DNA of 63,568 nucleotides, from the IMG/VR virus record IMGVR_UViG_3300034064_001787, positions 1 to 63,568 of that record; one strand, written 5' to 3'. Positions 1 to 8,817 of the stretch are shown here, in pieces. Origin of the DNA: a virus. Its lineage: Duplodnaviria; Caudoviricetes. The first letter of the stretch is position 1; every line of letters starts with the position of its first letter. Under the pieces are notes generated by a model, which searched no databases, was not told the origin of the DNA, and saw nothing but the letters and a program-made list of their open reading frames with translations. Both the position numbers and the translations under genes were made by a program.

Positions 1-127
1 CCTTCCGCAGCGCGGAATGCAGCACCTGCCCGCCCGCCACATCCACCGCCTTGTTGGCTTTGATGTCGGCCATCGCCCCTTGAATCTTGGCGATCTGCTC
101 CGGCGTCAAATCCCGGCCCAGCAGACG
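1..127. repeat. Terminal direct repeat (circular contig overlap), copy 1
   Basis: 1-127 is identical to 63442-63568, and an ORF reads through the junction. Confidence 0.95.
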
Positions 128-3100
128 ACGGCGCAGCTTGTGGTAATCCCCCACATCCGCCCGGCGATACCCCTTCTCACCCTTGAGCCACTTCGAGAAT
201 GGATCCACGAAACGGCTGTTCTCGAGATCGGCAAGTTGTTCATTGCCCCCGAACTCATGAATCGCCCGCAGCGCCAGCGCATTGAACTCCCCCTCCTCCT
301 TCCGCTGCCGCAGCCCCCCGGTCAGGAACGAACCCGCCGCACCTCCGACAATCCCACCTGCGTTCTCCGTCGCCAAAGCGCCGACGCGAGCAGCCCGCTT
401 TGCCCAGACACCCGGCCCATACTTTTGGCGAATAGCCCGATACACCTTGCTGCGCATTTGACTCCCCGCATATGCCCCGCCCAGCGTCCCTGCAACGGTC
501 CCCAGCGCCCCCAGGATGAACTCGTTCAACGCCTGCCGCGACTGCATCCGCTTCTCCGGCAGTGCCCGCACGGGTAGCCCAGTATCCGCGTCGATCAGCG
601 GCCCTTTACCCCGATGCACCGTCTTGTCGCGCTTCGCCGGATTCCGGCGGCGGGCCATCACCTCCCGCTTCCGCGCCGCTTTCTTCGCCCATTTCATCAA
701 GCCAGGACGCGCCTTCACAAGGCCTGCCGCCCCCAATCCCAGGCCAATCCCTGGCAGCAGATTGTCCTTGATGTTGCGGCCGATCGCCCCAACCACCTTC
801 GCCGCGCGATTGTGCAGTTTGGGTGTGTTCAATTCTTCATCTTCAGCGCGGTTGATTTTCTTCTGCTTCATTGCCCGTGCCAGCAGCGCCGCCGCCGCAC
901 CCGCACCCGCCACCTTGCGGTTCACCCCACGCCGACCCTTGAGCAGCCCACCCCCGGCCAGCGCCAAACCCGCGCCTCCCGCCGCATGCAGCGGATAGGA
1001 CATCGTGCCACCCTCCGCATACGCCTTGGCGAGCGCCGCCTTCGTTTTACCCATCACCGGTTGCTTGTCCTTGGGCGTCATTTTCTCATGCGCTTTGCGG
1101 GCCAGCTTCTCGGCAATCTTCCCGCCAGCCAGTTGCGCAGCCACCGGCAGCAAACCTGCCGCGATGGCGTAGCCTTTTTTCGGCCCCACATCAATCTTTA
1201 CGCCACCCAAAGGATGCCCACCCATCTTCGGCATGGTGAACGTGTCACGCGGCGCTTTTTTCAAGAGGCTCATCGAACCTTTCAAACCAGCCACCAGACC
1301 ACCCGCTTGGCCCACCTTGTCCGCTCCAGCCGCTAGGTATTCACGCTTCCGCCAGCCGTCCAACCGCTCATTCTTCGGCTCCTGATCCTTGGAACTTGGC
1401 ACCTTGAACGTGAAACTTGGAACTTGGCTTTCCAACAGCCGCAGCTTCTTGCCGATCCGCACCGTGCGCTTCGCCCACAACGGCGCAGGCTTGGCAGCGG
1501 CCTCCCGCATGCCACCCTTGAACGCATCCGCCGAATCCGTGACCACCTTGCGGGCCTTGCGATACACGCGGCCCATGTCGGCACCGATGCTGGTGGCGTT
1601 CTGAATGTTGTCCGTCACCTGCGGCACCTGGCGCATGGCGGCACGCCCGCGCTTCGCCAGTCCGGCGATGGCCTTGCCGCCTTGGTGCGCCAGATACCCA
1701 GCACCTCCCACGGTGGCCGCACCGCCCGCGATGAGCGCCCCATCCCGCGTCTTCTGCCAGTTGTCCCGCTGCGGTAGCTGGACGATCACCGGCTCACGCC
1801 GCCGGGCAAAGGCCTGCACCGGACGTGGATCATCGTGCATCCATGAGCCGACAACCTTGGCAGCTTTGATGAACGGTTCTACAACCGCCTTACCGCCTTT
1901 AGCCACCGCCCGTCCCACGGCTTTCCCCCCCCGCGTGACCGCACTCGGCAGCGCCACTGCCTCCTCGATATTGGCCGCTGCTTTGCGGCTGCGGATCGCT
2001 GTGCGCCCCCAGGCACGAGCGGAGGCCTTCACCTGCGGCGCAACGTCGTTGATAGCCTTCCGCCCCGCACGATAGAGCTTCACGCCGCCGATCCCCGCCG
2101 CCGTGATTCCACCCAGCCCGGCCACATCTTTGGCAAGGCCGATCTTGTCCCGCAGATCCCGCACGCGGTTCTTGCGGGCCTCCTCAAAGAGGTGCAGGAG
2201 CATGGCATTGACGCTCATCTGCTTCTCTTCACGCTTGCGTTTCGTCATCGCACCCACGGCAGCACCACCAACCGCCGCGCCTCCCACCGCGCCGCCCACC
2301 AAGGCACGGGTCTGGTAGCTCTTGCGGCCCTGCCCGGCGATGTCGCGGGCGTGATGCTCGCAGTTGTTGCCGATGAGGCACAGATCCCCCCGCTTGGCCT
2401 TGCCCTGCGCGGCATCGTGGCGTTTCTCCATGCCTTTGGCCCACTCACCCCACTTGCTGGAATCCTTCGGCAGCGTGTCGCTGTCCACATGGATGCGATT
2501 TCCCCGGGAGAAACCGTCCTTATCCACCATGCGCTGGCCGTGCGCCTTGGTCTTTTCGATCACGCGACCACCTCCGGCACCCACACCGTAATGCCGCTGT
2601 GGGACGCCCAGGAAGTCATCCACCTTCAGCGCCGCACCAGCCAGCTTCGATCCCTTGAGCGCCTTCTTTTCGAGGCGACGCCGCACCGTCTTGCCGCCGA
2701 TGTTTACCACACTGGCAGGCGTGGTCAGACCCTCATGAGTGTAAAGCACCTTACCCGCCAGCTCCTCACCGTCCTTCAAAGGACGCCCCCGCCGGATTAG
2801 GCGCGGCAGCGTGCGGGCACCCAGCACCGCGCCCGCCGTGGCTCCTGCCGCAATCGCCGCTTTGCGCTTCCATCCAGATTTCTTTTTCTCCTGCTCGAAC
2901 TGAGTCAAAGCCGCGCCATTCGCCATCTGGCAGCCGCATCCGCCCGCCTTCGTGCCCAGCCGCGCCGGCGTCAAATCCAGCACATTCAATGAACTGGTGA
3001 TGCCTGCCCGCTCCGCTTTGGCCAGGAAGTGATGCCCATCGATGATGCGGTCATTCATCAACAGCACATACTTGCCGCCAGCCTTGATCTTCCCCAGCAC

Positions 3101-4036
3101 CTCAGCCGCAGCGCGACTGGCCCGCAGGGTGCCTAGCGCTTTCCGCGCCGTCTTGAGGTTCATGGGGTCGGCCTTGCCGAGCAGTTCTTTCACCGTCATG
3201 CCGTAATGCACCACCGGCGTGCCTTTCTCGGCATCCACAAACCGCAGCACGTCCTGTTGCACCTCCTTGGGCAGGCCAGAGAAGGTCATGTCCTCGATGT
3301 AGGCGCTCAACTGCGTCTCCGCCGGATTCGCGCCGATGTTGGAGACGGCCTTGACCACCTTGCGCTTCAGGCGCTTTTTGACGGTCTTGACCGCGTCTCC
3401 CAGCGTCGGCTCCGTGGGCGCTTTCGGCAGGGCTTCGGCGCGGAACTTGGCACGGGCGGCTTCCACGGCTTGATTGGCCGCGCGGGCATTGCTCAGATCC
3501 TTGCGCTTCTGCTGCGCTTTCATGAGCCGCACCCGGCGCGGATTCCCGCCAGGCGCTTTGGACAGCAGACCGCTCAGCGGATTCCCGCCTGCCATGGCAC
3601 TGCGCAGGGCATTGCGCCCGCGTGCGCTGCCCAGCACCAGCCCACCCGCTGCCAGCGTGCCCCCGGCGGCGAGGGCGGCTTTCTGCCCCGGCGTGAGCGG
3701 TTTTTTACCATCCTCGAAACGCCAGTCGCCACCCCCAGCCACGGAGTCGGCGGTGTCCTTGCTTGGTTTGGCGATGAGGCCCAGGCCCGCGCCTGCGGCC
3801 CCGCCAACCCGAGCGCCATGAATCGTCAGCGTCCTGCGGCGCGTCCGCGCCACCTTGCGCACCACTTGGGGGAGCTTGACCTTGCCATCCAGCACCATGC
3901 TGCCGAGGTAGGCTCCAGCCGTGCCGGAGATGAGCGCGTCCCGCAGGCGATCCCGCACCGTGGGCCGCGCCTCCTTTTTGGCAAAACAGATCAACTTGGA
4001 ACCTAACACTTGAAACTTGAAACGGGGTGAAGCCAT
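1..4036 (-). CDS. 5' part of a giant (~1809 aa) modular, probably virion-internal protein; continues through the junction to 62048
   Basis: Manual translation from ATG 4036 is open to position 1 and in frame with ORF 62048..63550. Contains a ParB/Srx-like IIDGHH motif, LRAT-like HYGV...NNCEH motifs, many Gly/Ala zipper helices and LxxF motifs. Confidence 0.85.
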   Translation of the reverse strand, partial: MASPRFKFQVLGSKLICFAKKEARPTVRDRLRDALISGTAGAYLGSMVLDGKVKLPQVVRKVARTRRRTLTIHGARVGGAAGAGLGLIAKPSKDTADSVAGGGDWRFEDGKKPLTPGQKAALAAGGTLAAGGLVLGSARGRNALRSAMAGGNPLSGLLSKAPGGNPRRVRLMKAQQKRKDLSNARAANQAVEAARAKFRAEALPKAPTEPTLGDAVKTVKKRLKRKVVKAVSNIGANPAETQLSAYIEDMTFSGLPKEVQQDVLRFVDAEKGTPVVHYGMTVKELLGKADPMNLKTARKALGTLRASRAAAEVLGKIKAGGKYVLLMNDRIIDGHHFLAKAERAGITSSLNVLDLTPARLGTKAGGCGCQMANGAALTQFEQEKKKSGWKRKAAIAAGATAGAVLGARTLPRLIRRGRPLKDGEELAGKVLYTHEGLTTPASVVNIGGKTVRRRLEKKALKGSKLAGAALKVDDFLGVPQRHYGVGAGGGRVIEKTKAHGQRMVDKDGFSRGNRIHVDSDTLPKDSSKWGEWAKGMEKRHDAAQGKAKRGDLCLIGNNCEHHARDIAGQGRKSYQTRALVGGAVGGAAVGGAAVGAMTKRKREEKQMSVNAMLLHLFEEARKNRVRDLRDKIGLAKDVAGLGGITAAGIGGVKLYRAGRKAINDVAPQVKASARAWGRTAIRSRKAAANIEEAVALPSAVTRGGKAVGRAVAKGGKAVVEPFIKAAKVVGSWMHDDPRPVQAFARRREPVIVQLPQRDNWQKTRDGALIAGGAATVGGAGYLAHQGGKAIAGLAKRGRAAMRQVPQVTDNIQNATSIGADMGRVYRKARKVVTDSADAFKGGMREAAAKPAPLWAKRTVRIGKKLRLLESQVPSFTFKVPSSKDQEPKNERLDGWRKREYLAAGADKVGQAGGLVAGLKGSMSLLKKAPRDTFTMPKMGGHPLGGVKIDVGPKKGYAIAAGLLPVAAQLAGGKIAEKLARKAHEKMTPKDKQPVMGKTKAALAKAYAEGGTMSYPLHAAGGAGLALAGGGLLKGRRGVNRKVAGAGAAAALLARAMKQKKINRAEDEELNTPKLHNRAAKVVGAIGRNIKDNLLPGIGLGLGAAGLVKARPGLMKWAKKAARKREVMARRRNPAKRDKTVHRGKGPLIDADTGLPVRALPEKRMQSRQALNEFILGALGTVAGTLGGAYAGSQMRSKVYRAIRQKYGPGVWAKRAARVGALATENAGGIVGGAAGSFLTGGLRQRKEEGEFNALALRAIHEFGGNEQLADLENSRFVDPFSKWLKGEKGYRRADVGDYHKLRRRLLGRDLTPEQIAKIQGAMADIKANKAVDVAGGQVLHSALRK

Positions 4037-4122
4037 AGACCTCCCCGCCGTGTCAAATACCCGCGCCGTTGACAAGCGGCGGAAGACCTCTCCGAGGGTG
4101 CACAACCCTCACTCCATAGCCC

Positions 4123-4155
4123 ACGCGGCAGGTCGCAAGACCTGCCGCGTTTTTT
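4123..4155 (+). terminator. Intrinsic terminator, plus-strand orientation
   Basis: ACGCGGCAGGTC-GCAA-GACCTGCCGCGT followed by a T-run. Confidence 0.7.
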
Positions 4156-4159
4156 GTGG

Positions 4160-4384
4160 CTACCCGCCGAACTTCCACGCCTCCTCCTTCTCCCACAGAT
4201 ACACGCGCCGGTTCTGCTCCTCGGAGAGTCCCTCGTGGAAGACGTAGATGTGCGTCTTTTTGGCTTCATCATGGATCCTCACCCGCCGCATGTCCGCCGT
4301 GTGCATGAACTCCTTGCCATCACACGGCCCCCGATGGGCATAACCGCGCAGATGATCAGGTTTGCTGGTGATTGTTTCCGCCAT
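4160..4384 (-). CDS. Hypothetical protein
   Basis: ORF coupled to the upstream gene; contains a GPCDG motif. Confidence 0.6.
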   Translation of the reverse strand: MAETITSKPDHLRGYAHRGPCDGKEFMHTADMRRVRIHDEAKKTHIYVFHEGLSEEQNRRVYLWEKEEAWKFGG

Positions 4385-4386
4385 GC

Positions 4387-4704
4387 TCAATACGGGATGT
4401 CATCATCCGCCGGAGCTGCGCCTGCCTCCTCATCCTCCGCCGCCGGGCCTTTCTTCTTGCGCTCCAGGTCGAACTTCTTTACCCGTGCCGTCGAGCTGCC
4501 CTTGTCCATCATCTGCCGCGCCATGGCGAAGAGCACGGGATTGAGCACGTCGGCATGCAGCCGGATCTCGGACCAGGTGTTGCCATGCCCGTCCTCGAAC
4601 TCCAGCTCGTAACCGATCTCTCGGTAATCAATGGTGGGTTTCTGCGCGCCAGGTTTTTGATATTGCCCCACAGGGAGGCACAGCCGTTTGGTGATGTGAG
4701 CCAT
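4387..4704 (-). CDS. Hypothetical protein
   Basis: 105-aa ORF preceded by TTGAC-N14-ATG. Confidence 0.7.
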   Translation of the reverse strand: MAHITKRLCLPVGQYQKPGAQKPTIDYREIGYELEFEDGHGNTWSEIRLHADVLNPVLFAMARQMMDKGSSTARVKKFDLERKKKGPAAEDEEAGAAPADDDIPY

Positions 4705-4808
4705 GCCCCGCCCACGGCGTCAACGGGAGCCAGACTGGGAGAAGAGGAGACTGGGAGAAGAGGAGTGGAGGAAATTCAGAGTCTCCGAGTCTCAAAGTCT
4801 CCCAGTCT

Positions 4809-6572
4809 TCACCCCTCCGGCACCGCCTCCTCCGCCTCCGCCAGATCCAGCCCATAGCTCACGACGAGGATCTGCACCGCCTGCTCCCGCGTGAGCTCGC
4901 CACGGTTCATCTGCTTCATCACATCGAGCAGGCCTTTGACCGCATCCTTGCCATGCGCCGCCGCGAGTCCTGCTGGCACCGGTGGCATGCCTTCTTGACC
5001 GGATTGACTGGATTGACCAGATGGACCTTGCGGACCAGCCGCCTGATCGAGCACCGCACCCTCGGCAGCGGGATCTCCCCGGCCATTCATGGCGGCCATG
5101 AGCTGCGTGGCATTCTGCCAGCGTTGGCTTTGCAGCTCCACCGGCACGCCGGTCTCCGCCGCCACACGCTGGCGGGTCTGCATCTCGCGGGCCTGGGTGT
5201 AGCAGTGCTCTTCGAAGTCGCCGCCATACTTGCCTTCAATGAGGTTGCTCTCACTGAAAATGCCTGCCGAAAGGAGGGAGATGTCGGCATTCGTGTCGTG
5301 GCCGACGTCGCCGGTGATGTCGGGTCCAAAACCCCAGCGGCCTTTGCCAAACTTCGGATGCGCCGGGATGAGGCCCAGCGCGATCCCCCGCCGCAGCACG
5401 CGATCCTTCAACGGATCCAGCATGCGGGTCATGGCCACCGTGCGGATGTCGTCGAGCGTGCGCTTCATCTGCGCCACCTCGATGCGGGCCGTGACGCCGC
5501 CAAGCAGCGCCAGATTCCACACGAAGCCGAACGGCACATTGAGCCCCACACTGATCTCCCGCACCTTGGCCTCAAACCACGCCATGAAGGCTCCCGAAGG
5601 CCGTGAGGCACCGGGGGCGAATTCGATCCTCTGCCCCCCCGTGAGATTCTGGATGGTGCCGGGCTTGACGCTGTATTTGTTCCCACCGTCCGGCTTCTTC
5701 TCGGAGTCGAAGGCCATCGCCGCCTGCTCACTAAACGGCGTCTCGTTGTAGGTGAAGGCCGCGTAGCTGGCGGCGAACTTGATGGCGTCCATCTCCGCGC
5801 CGAGCGCCTCATAGAGATCCCGCATGTGGGGCAGGGCCGGGGCACCCCAGCTCACCCCGCGATACTGATCCACCCGCAGCGGGTCAAAAACGTGCAGGAA
5901 CCGCTCCGGCGGCAGCTCCGCCTCCAGGTCATACTGATTCGAGGGCTTGCGCTTGTAGATCTCGTAAATCAGCGGCTCTCCGTGCTCGCCCAGTTTGATG
6001 CCTTGCACCTTCTTTTCATCCGGCATCACCGGCATCGTGGGATTGCCAATGCGATCCGCCTCGATCCCCCGGATGCGATATTCCCCGCTGGCCTCGTCGT
6101 CATGCAGCGCCAGGCCGAAATCCCGGTCCCGCAACATGCTGCGGATGCCCAGTCGGGCGATGACAGGGAAGGGGTGCCGCTGCGTCAGGTCGGCGCGTTT
6201 GCCCCACTCCTCCCAGTAAGTTTCATGCGCCTCATCAATCGCCGCGTCCCCGGTGCGGCTCTGCCACACGATCTTGCCCAGCGCATACTGCGTGGTGCGC
6301 GTGAGGATGCCGCGCCAGAGGCAGAAATTGCTCTCCATGTCCCGGCTCTCCCACATGAGCTGGATGGCGTCCTGGGAGACCCGTGAACTCTCCGGGCTGC
6401 CATTGCGAAACAGGCTCCCGCCCGCCGTGCCCCGCCGCCCCGTGTTCTTGGCCCCATCGTAATCGAAGCGAGTCAGGAGCGCCCGCGACGCCATCCGCTC
6501 CACCCCCCATTTCGGCGACACAACGGCCACGGCTTTGTCAATGAACGAGGTGAATGCAGACGGTTTTCCCAT
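4809..6572 (-). CDS. Portal protein, lambda family
   Basis: 587 aa; motifs IEADRI, HVFDPLRVDQYRGVSW; lies next to a gpW-like gene. Confidence 0.9.
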   Translation of the reverse strand: MGKPSAFTSFIDKAVAVVSPKWGVERMASRALLTRFDYDGAKNTGRRGTAGGSLFRNGSPESSRVSQDAIQLMWESRDMESNFCLWRGILTRTTQYALGKIVWQSRTGDAAIDEAHETYWEEWGKRADLTQRHPFPVIARLGIRSMLRDRDFGLALHDDEASGEYRIRGIEADRIGNPTMPVMPDEKKVQGIKLGEHGEPLIYEIYKRKPSNQYDLEAELPPERFLHVFDPLRVDQYRGVSWGAPALPHMRDLYEALGAEMDAIKFAASYAAFTYNETPFSEQAAMAFDSEKKPDGGNKYSVKPGTIQNLTGGQRIEFAPGASRPSGAFMAWFEAKVREISVGLNVPFGFVWNLALLGGVTARIEVAQMKRTLDDIRTVAMTRMLDPLKDRVLRRGIALGLIPAHPKFGKGRWGFGPDITGDVGHDTNADISLLSAGIFSESNLIEGKYGGDFEEHCYTQAREMQTRQRVAAETGVPVELQSQRWQNATQLMAAMNGRGDPAAEGAVLDQAAGPQGPSGQSSQSGQEGMPPVPAGLAAAHGKDAVKGLLDVMKQMNRGELTREQAVQILVVSYGLDLAEAEEAVPEG

Positions 6573-6676
6573 GCCTGCCCCGCCGCGTCAACAGAACCAA
6601 ACCGTTTCAAGTTTCAGGTTCAAAGTTCCAAGCTCCCAAACCTTGAACTTTGAACTTTGAACCTGAAACTCAAAAC

Positions 6677-6937
6677 TCACAACCCCAACACCTTCCGCAC
6701 CAGCTTCCGCTGCTCCTCCGCCCCGGCGGCCCGCGCTTGCTCCACGATGAGCTTCATCGCCCCGGTGACGTCCACCTCGATGTCGGAGGGGATTTGCAGC
6801 GTGACGCCGTAGCCCATGAACACGCCCCAGAGGGGGGATTCCGTGGGCATCGCCTTCATGCCCACCGCCGCCATGGCCCGCATCGTCACCGGCGGGCAGG
6901 CGGTGTCGAGTTCTTGAAGGTGATCGTAGTGCGCCAT
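6677..6937 (-). CDS. Hypothetical protein
   Basis: ORF from ATG 6937, directly after an upstream stop. Confidence 0.55.
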   Translation of the reverse strand: MAHYDHLQELDTACPPVTMRAMAAVGMKAMPTESPLWGVFMGYGVTLQIPSDIEVDVTGAMKLIVEQARAAGAEEQRKLVRKVLGL

Positions 6938-6939
6938 GG

Positions 6940-7101
6940 TCAGAAGGAAATCCAGGTGATGGTGAAAAATGAACGCTGGATGAGCACATTGCGCAGGACC
7001 GCGATCTCCGGGCAGCAAGTCCACACCAGCGGCATCATGAACGCCAGCATGCAGATTCTAAGGCGTGGCCGAAGGTTAAAAAAAACACGCATCAACTTCA
7101 T
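6940..7101 (-). CDS. Small hydrophobic protein (53 aa)
   Basis: Not in the ORF track; ATG is preceded by TTGAC-N14. Confidence 0.45.
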   Translation of the reverse strand: MKLMRVFFNLRPRLRICMLAFMMPLVWTCCPEIAVLRNVLIQRSFFTITWISF

Positions 7102-7116
7102 GCTTTACCCCTCCCG

Positions 7117-7356
7117 TCAATACCCGCTGAAACTCACCGTGCCCCGATGGCTGGTGCTGGCGTGGCTGCGCTCATTCTGCACCCGCACCGCTGCCCGCAG
7201 CATGTCGTCGATCCGGCGCAAATCCTGCGTGTAGGCCTTGCTGCCCACGCTTTGGGAAAGGTAGCCACTCCGGGACTTTTTCAGCCGCGTGACCTCCTCC
7301 GTCAGCTCCTGCGTGGAAAACGACTGATAGACTTCGAGGTGATCCGTGTAGGCCAT
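7117..7356 (-). CDS. Head-tail joining protein, gpW-like
   Basis: 79 aa, SQSVGSKAYT pattern, upstream of the portal; TTGAC-N14-ATG. Confidence 0.6.
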   Translation of the reverse strand: MAYTDHLEVYQSFSTQELTEEVTRLKKSRSGYLSQSVGSKAYTQDLRRIDDMLRAAVRVQNERSHASTSHRGTVSFSGY

Positions 7357-7371
7357 GCCTGCCACGCCCCG

Positions 7372-7467
7372 TCAACGCCGCCACATCGCGAGGATCATCC
7401 ACACCAGCAACACGCCAGCGGCAAACACCGCGCCGCAGGCTGTGGCCAGGTTGTGCGGCGTCATCAT
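7372..7467 (-). CDS. Small single-TM peptide (31 aa), possible lysis accessory
   Basis: MMTPHNLATACGAVFAAGVLLVWMILAMWRR; ATGA overlap with the lysin stop. Confidence 0.45.
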   Translation of the reverse strand: MMTPHNLATACGAVFAAGVLLVWMILAMWRR

Positions 7468-7967
7468 ACCGTGAAACGGATGCGGCTGCGGATGCTGGAC
7501 GCAGCGCGTTTCTTGCGTAGCACGGCACCCCCCTCCCGACTGCCCGCGCCATCCGTGTTGCCTTCGATGGTGGGCACATCGCCGTTTTTATCGACCGCGC
7601 CCGTGGCGATGCCGACGTGTGAAAACTTGAAAATCACGATGTCCCCGGCACGGATGTCATTGCGGTGCGGCTTGCGTGTGTGTGTGCTGGCATCCTGTGT
7701 CTGGCTCCAGTTCTCCAGATCCCACGCGCCCGCCGTGCGGGGCCGCTTGAAAGTCTTCGTTTCCGGCACACCGCTGATGCGCAGCGCCTCGCGCACGCAC
7801 CAGCACACAAACGCCGCGCACCACGGCCAGGACTTGTCCGCTGGTAGCCAGGTCGCCGCCTTGTATTCATTCACGCGCGGACCGCAGTTGCTGCCGTTGA
7901 TTTCAGTCACACCGAGTTCCTGCGAGGCCACAGCCACCAACACAGGAGGTAGTAAAGGAGCGCTCAT
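7464..7967 (-). CDS. Endolysin, CHAP/NlpC-P60-type peptidase
   Basis: PWCAAFV, SHVGI and TIEGNT motifs. Confidence 0.85.
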   Translation of the reverse strand: MSAPLLPPVLVAVASQELGVTEINGSNCGPRVNEYKAATWLPADKSWPWCAAFVCWCVREALRISGVPETKTFKRPRTAGAWDLENWSQTQDASTHTRKPHRNDIRAGDIVIFKFSHVGIATGAVDKNGDVPTIEGNTDGAGSREGGAVLRKKRAASSIRSRIRFTV

Positions 7968-8132
7968 GCCCCGCGCCCCGCGTCAACGCCCCGCCTGCTT
8001 TCATCCATCATCCTTCCTCCTTCCTCCTTCATCATTCATCATTCATCCTTCATCCTTCCTCTTTCCGCCCTTCCCACCTTGACGCCCAGCGTGAAAGCCC
8101 GCACGCTCCACCCCCCTCGCCACGCCGACACC

Positions 8133-8489
8133 ATGCAGACGCTCCACATCCCATCCAGCTACGACGTGTGGCTCACGGGATTGAAGCACCACCTCGACCG
8201 CCATCGCGGCTCCAAAGCGGAGCTGGCCCGGCATCTGGCGCGGAGTCACGAGATCTCCGAAGCCGGGGCCGTGGTGAAACTCTCCCGCATCCTGGGCGGC
8301 ACGCGCAAACCAGAGATCGAAGTCTTCTTCGACATCGCCGTATGGCTCCAGCAGCGCCAGGACGCGCTGAGTGAGCCGCCCCTGCCAGAGGACGCCCCAC
8401 TCCCACCGCGCCAGGCCGTGACCTACTGGCAGACCCCGCCACCGGCCCCGGCCAAAGTGGCCGAAGGCCAGGCCAGGGAAGGGGAGTAG
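8133..8489 (+). CDS. HTH (XRE-like) transcriptional regulator
   Basis: SKAELARHL...LSRILGGTRKP helix-turn-helix pattern; TTGACG upstream at 8079. Confidence 0.6.
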   Translation: MQTLHIPSSYDVWLTGLKHHLDRHRGSKAELARHLARSHEISEAGAVVKLSRILGGTRKPEIEVFFDIAVWLQQRQDALSEPPLPEDAPLPPRQAVTYWQTPPPAPAKVAEGQAREGE

Positions 8490-8608
8490 CCCCGCACCAG
8501 TCAACACGGTCAATCCGGTTGCCCCTCCCCGCGGCACGCTGCGGCTGCACACGCACGCGGACGTTTAATTATGAATAGTTAAGCATAACGAGAAAGATCA
8601 ACTTTCGT

Positions 8609-8636
8609 TTGCAAATCCTATCCAAACGGATAAGAT
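8609..8636 (+). promoter_or_regulatory. Probable sigma70 early promoter
   Basis: TTGCAA-N16-TAAGAT in an AT-rich patch, with an inverted repeat TATCC/GGATA in the spacer. Confidence 0.45.
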
Positions 8637-8744
8637 AGTGATGTTCTCCGATGTGAATCAGCTGAACGTGAAGCAGGGCATCCCCTGCAATGGATTTTTT
8701 CAAAAGATGCCCCGCGCGTCTTACGGAAGTCCGTGCCCATAGGC

Positions 8745-8760
8745 TTCCCTATATAGGGAA
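8745..8760. promoter_or_regulatory. Palindromic operator-like site
   Basis: Perfect palindrome TTCCCTATATAGGGAA; near-copy at 9716-9731. Confidence 0.5.
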
Positions 8761-8817
8761 GCCGCCCAAACGGAAAAGCGAGCCGTTTAACTCGCTACTT
8801 CTAGCCCCCTACCTCTT

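Noticed and set aside
17-4006. Many plus-strand ORFs in the first 4 kb
   Set aside because: Shadows of the single minus-strand giant ORF that crosses the junction
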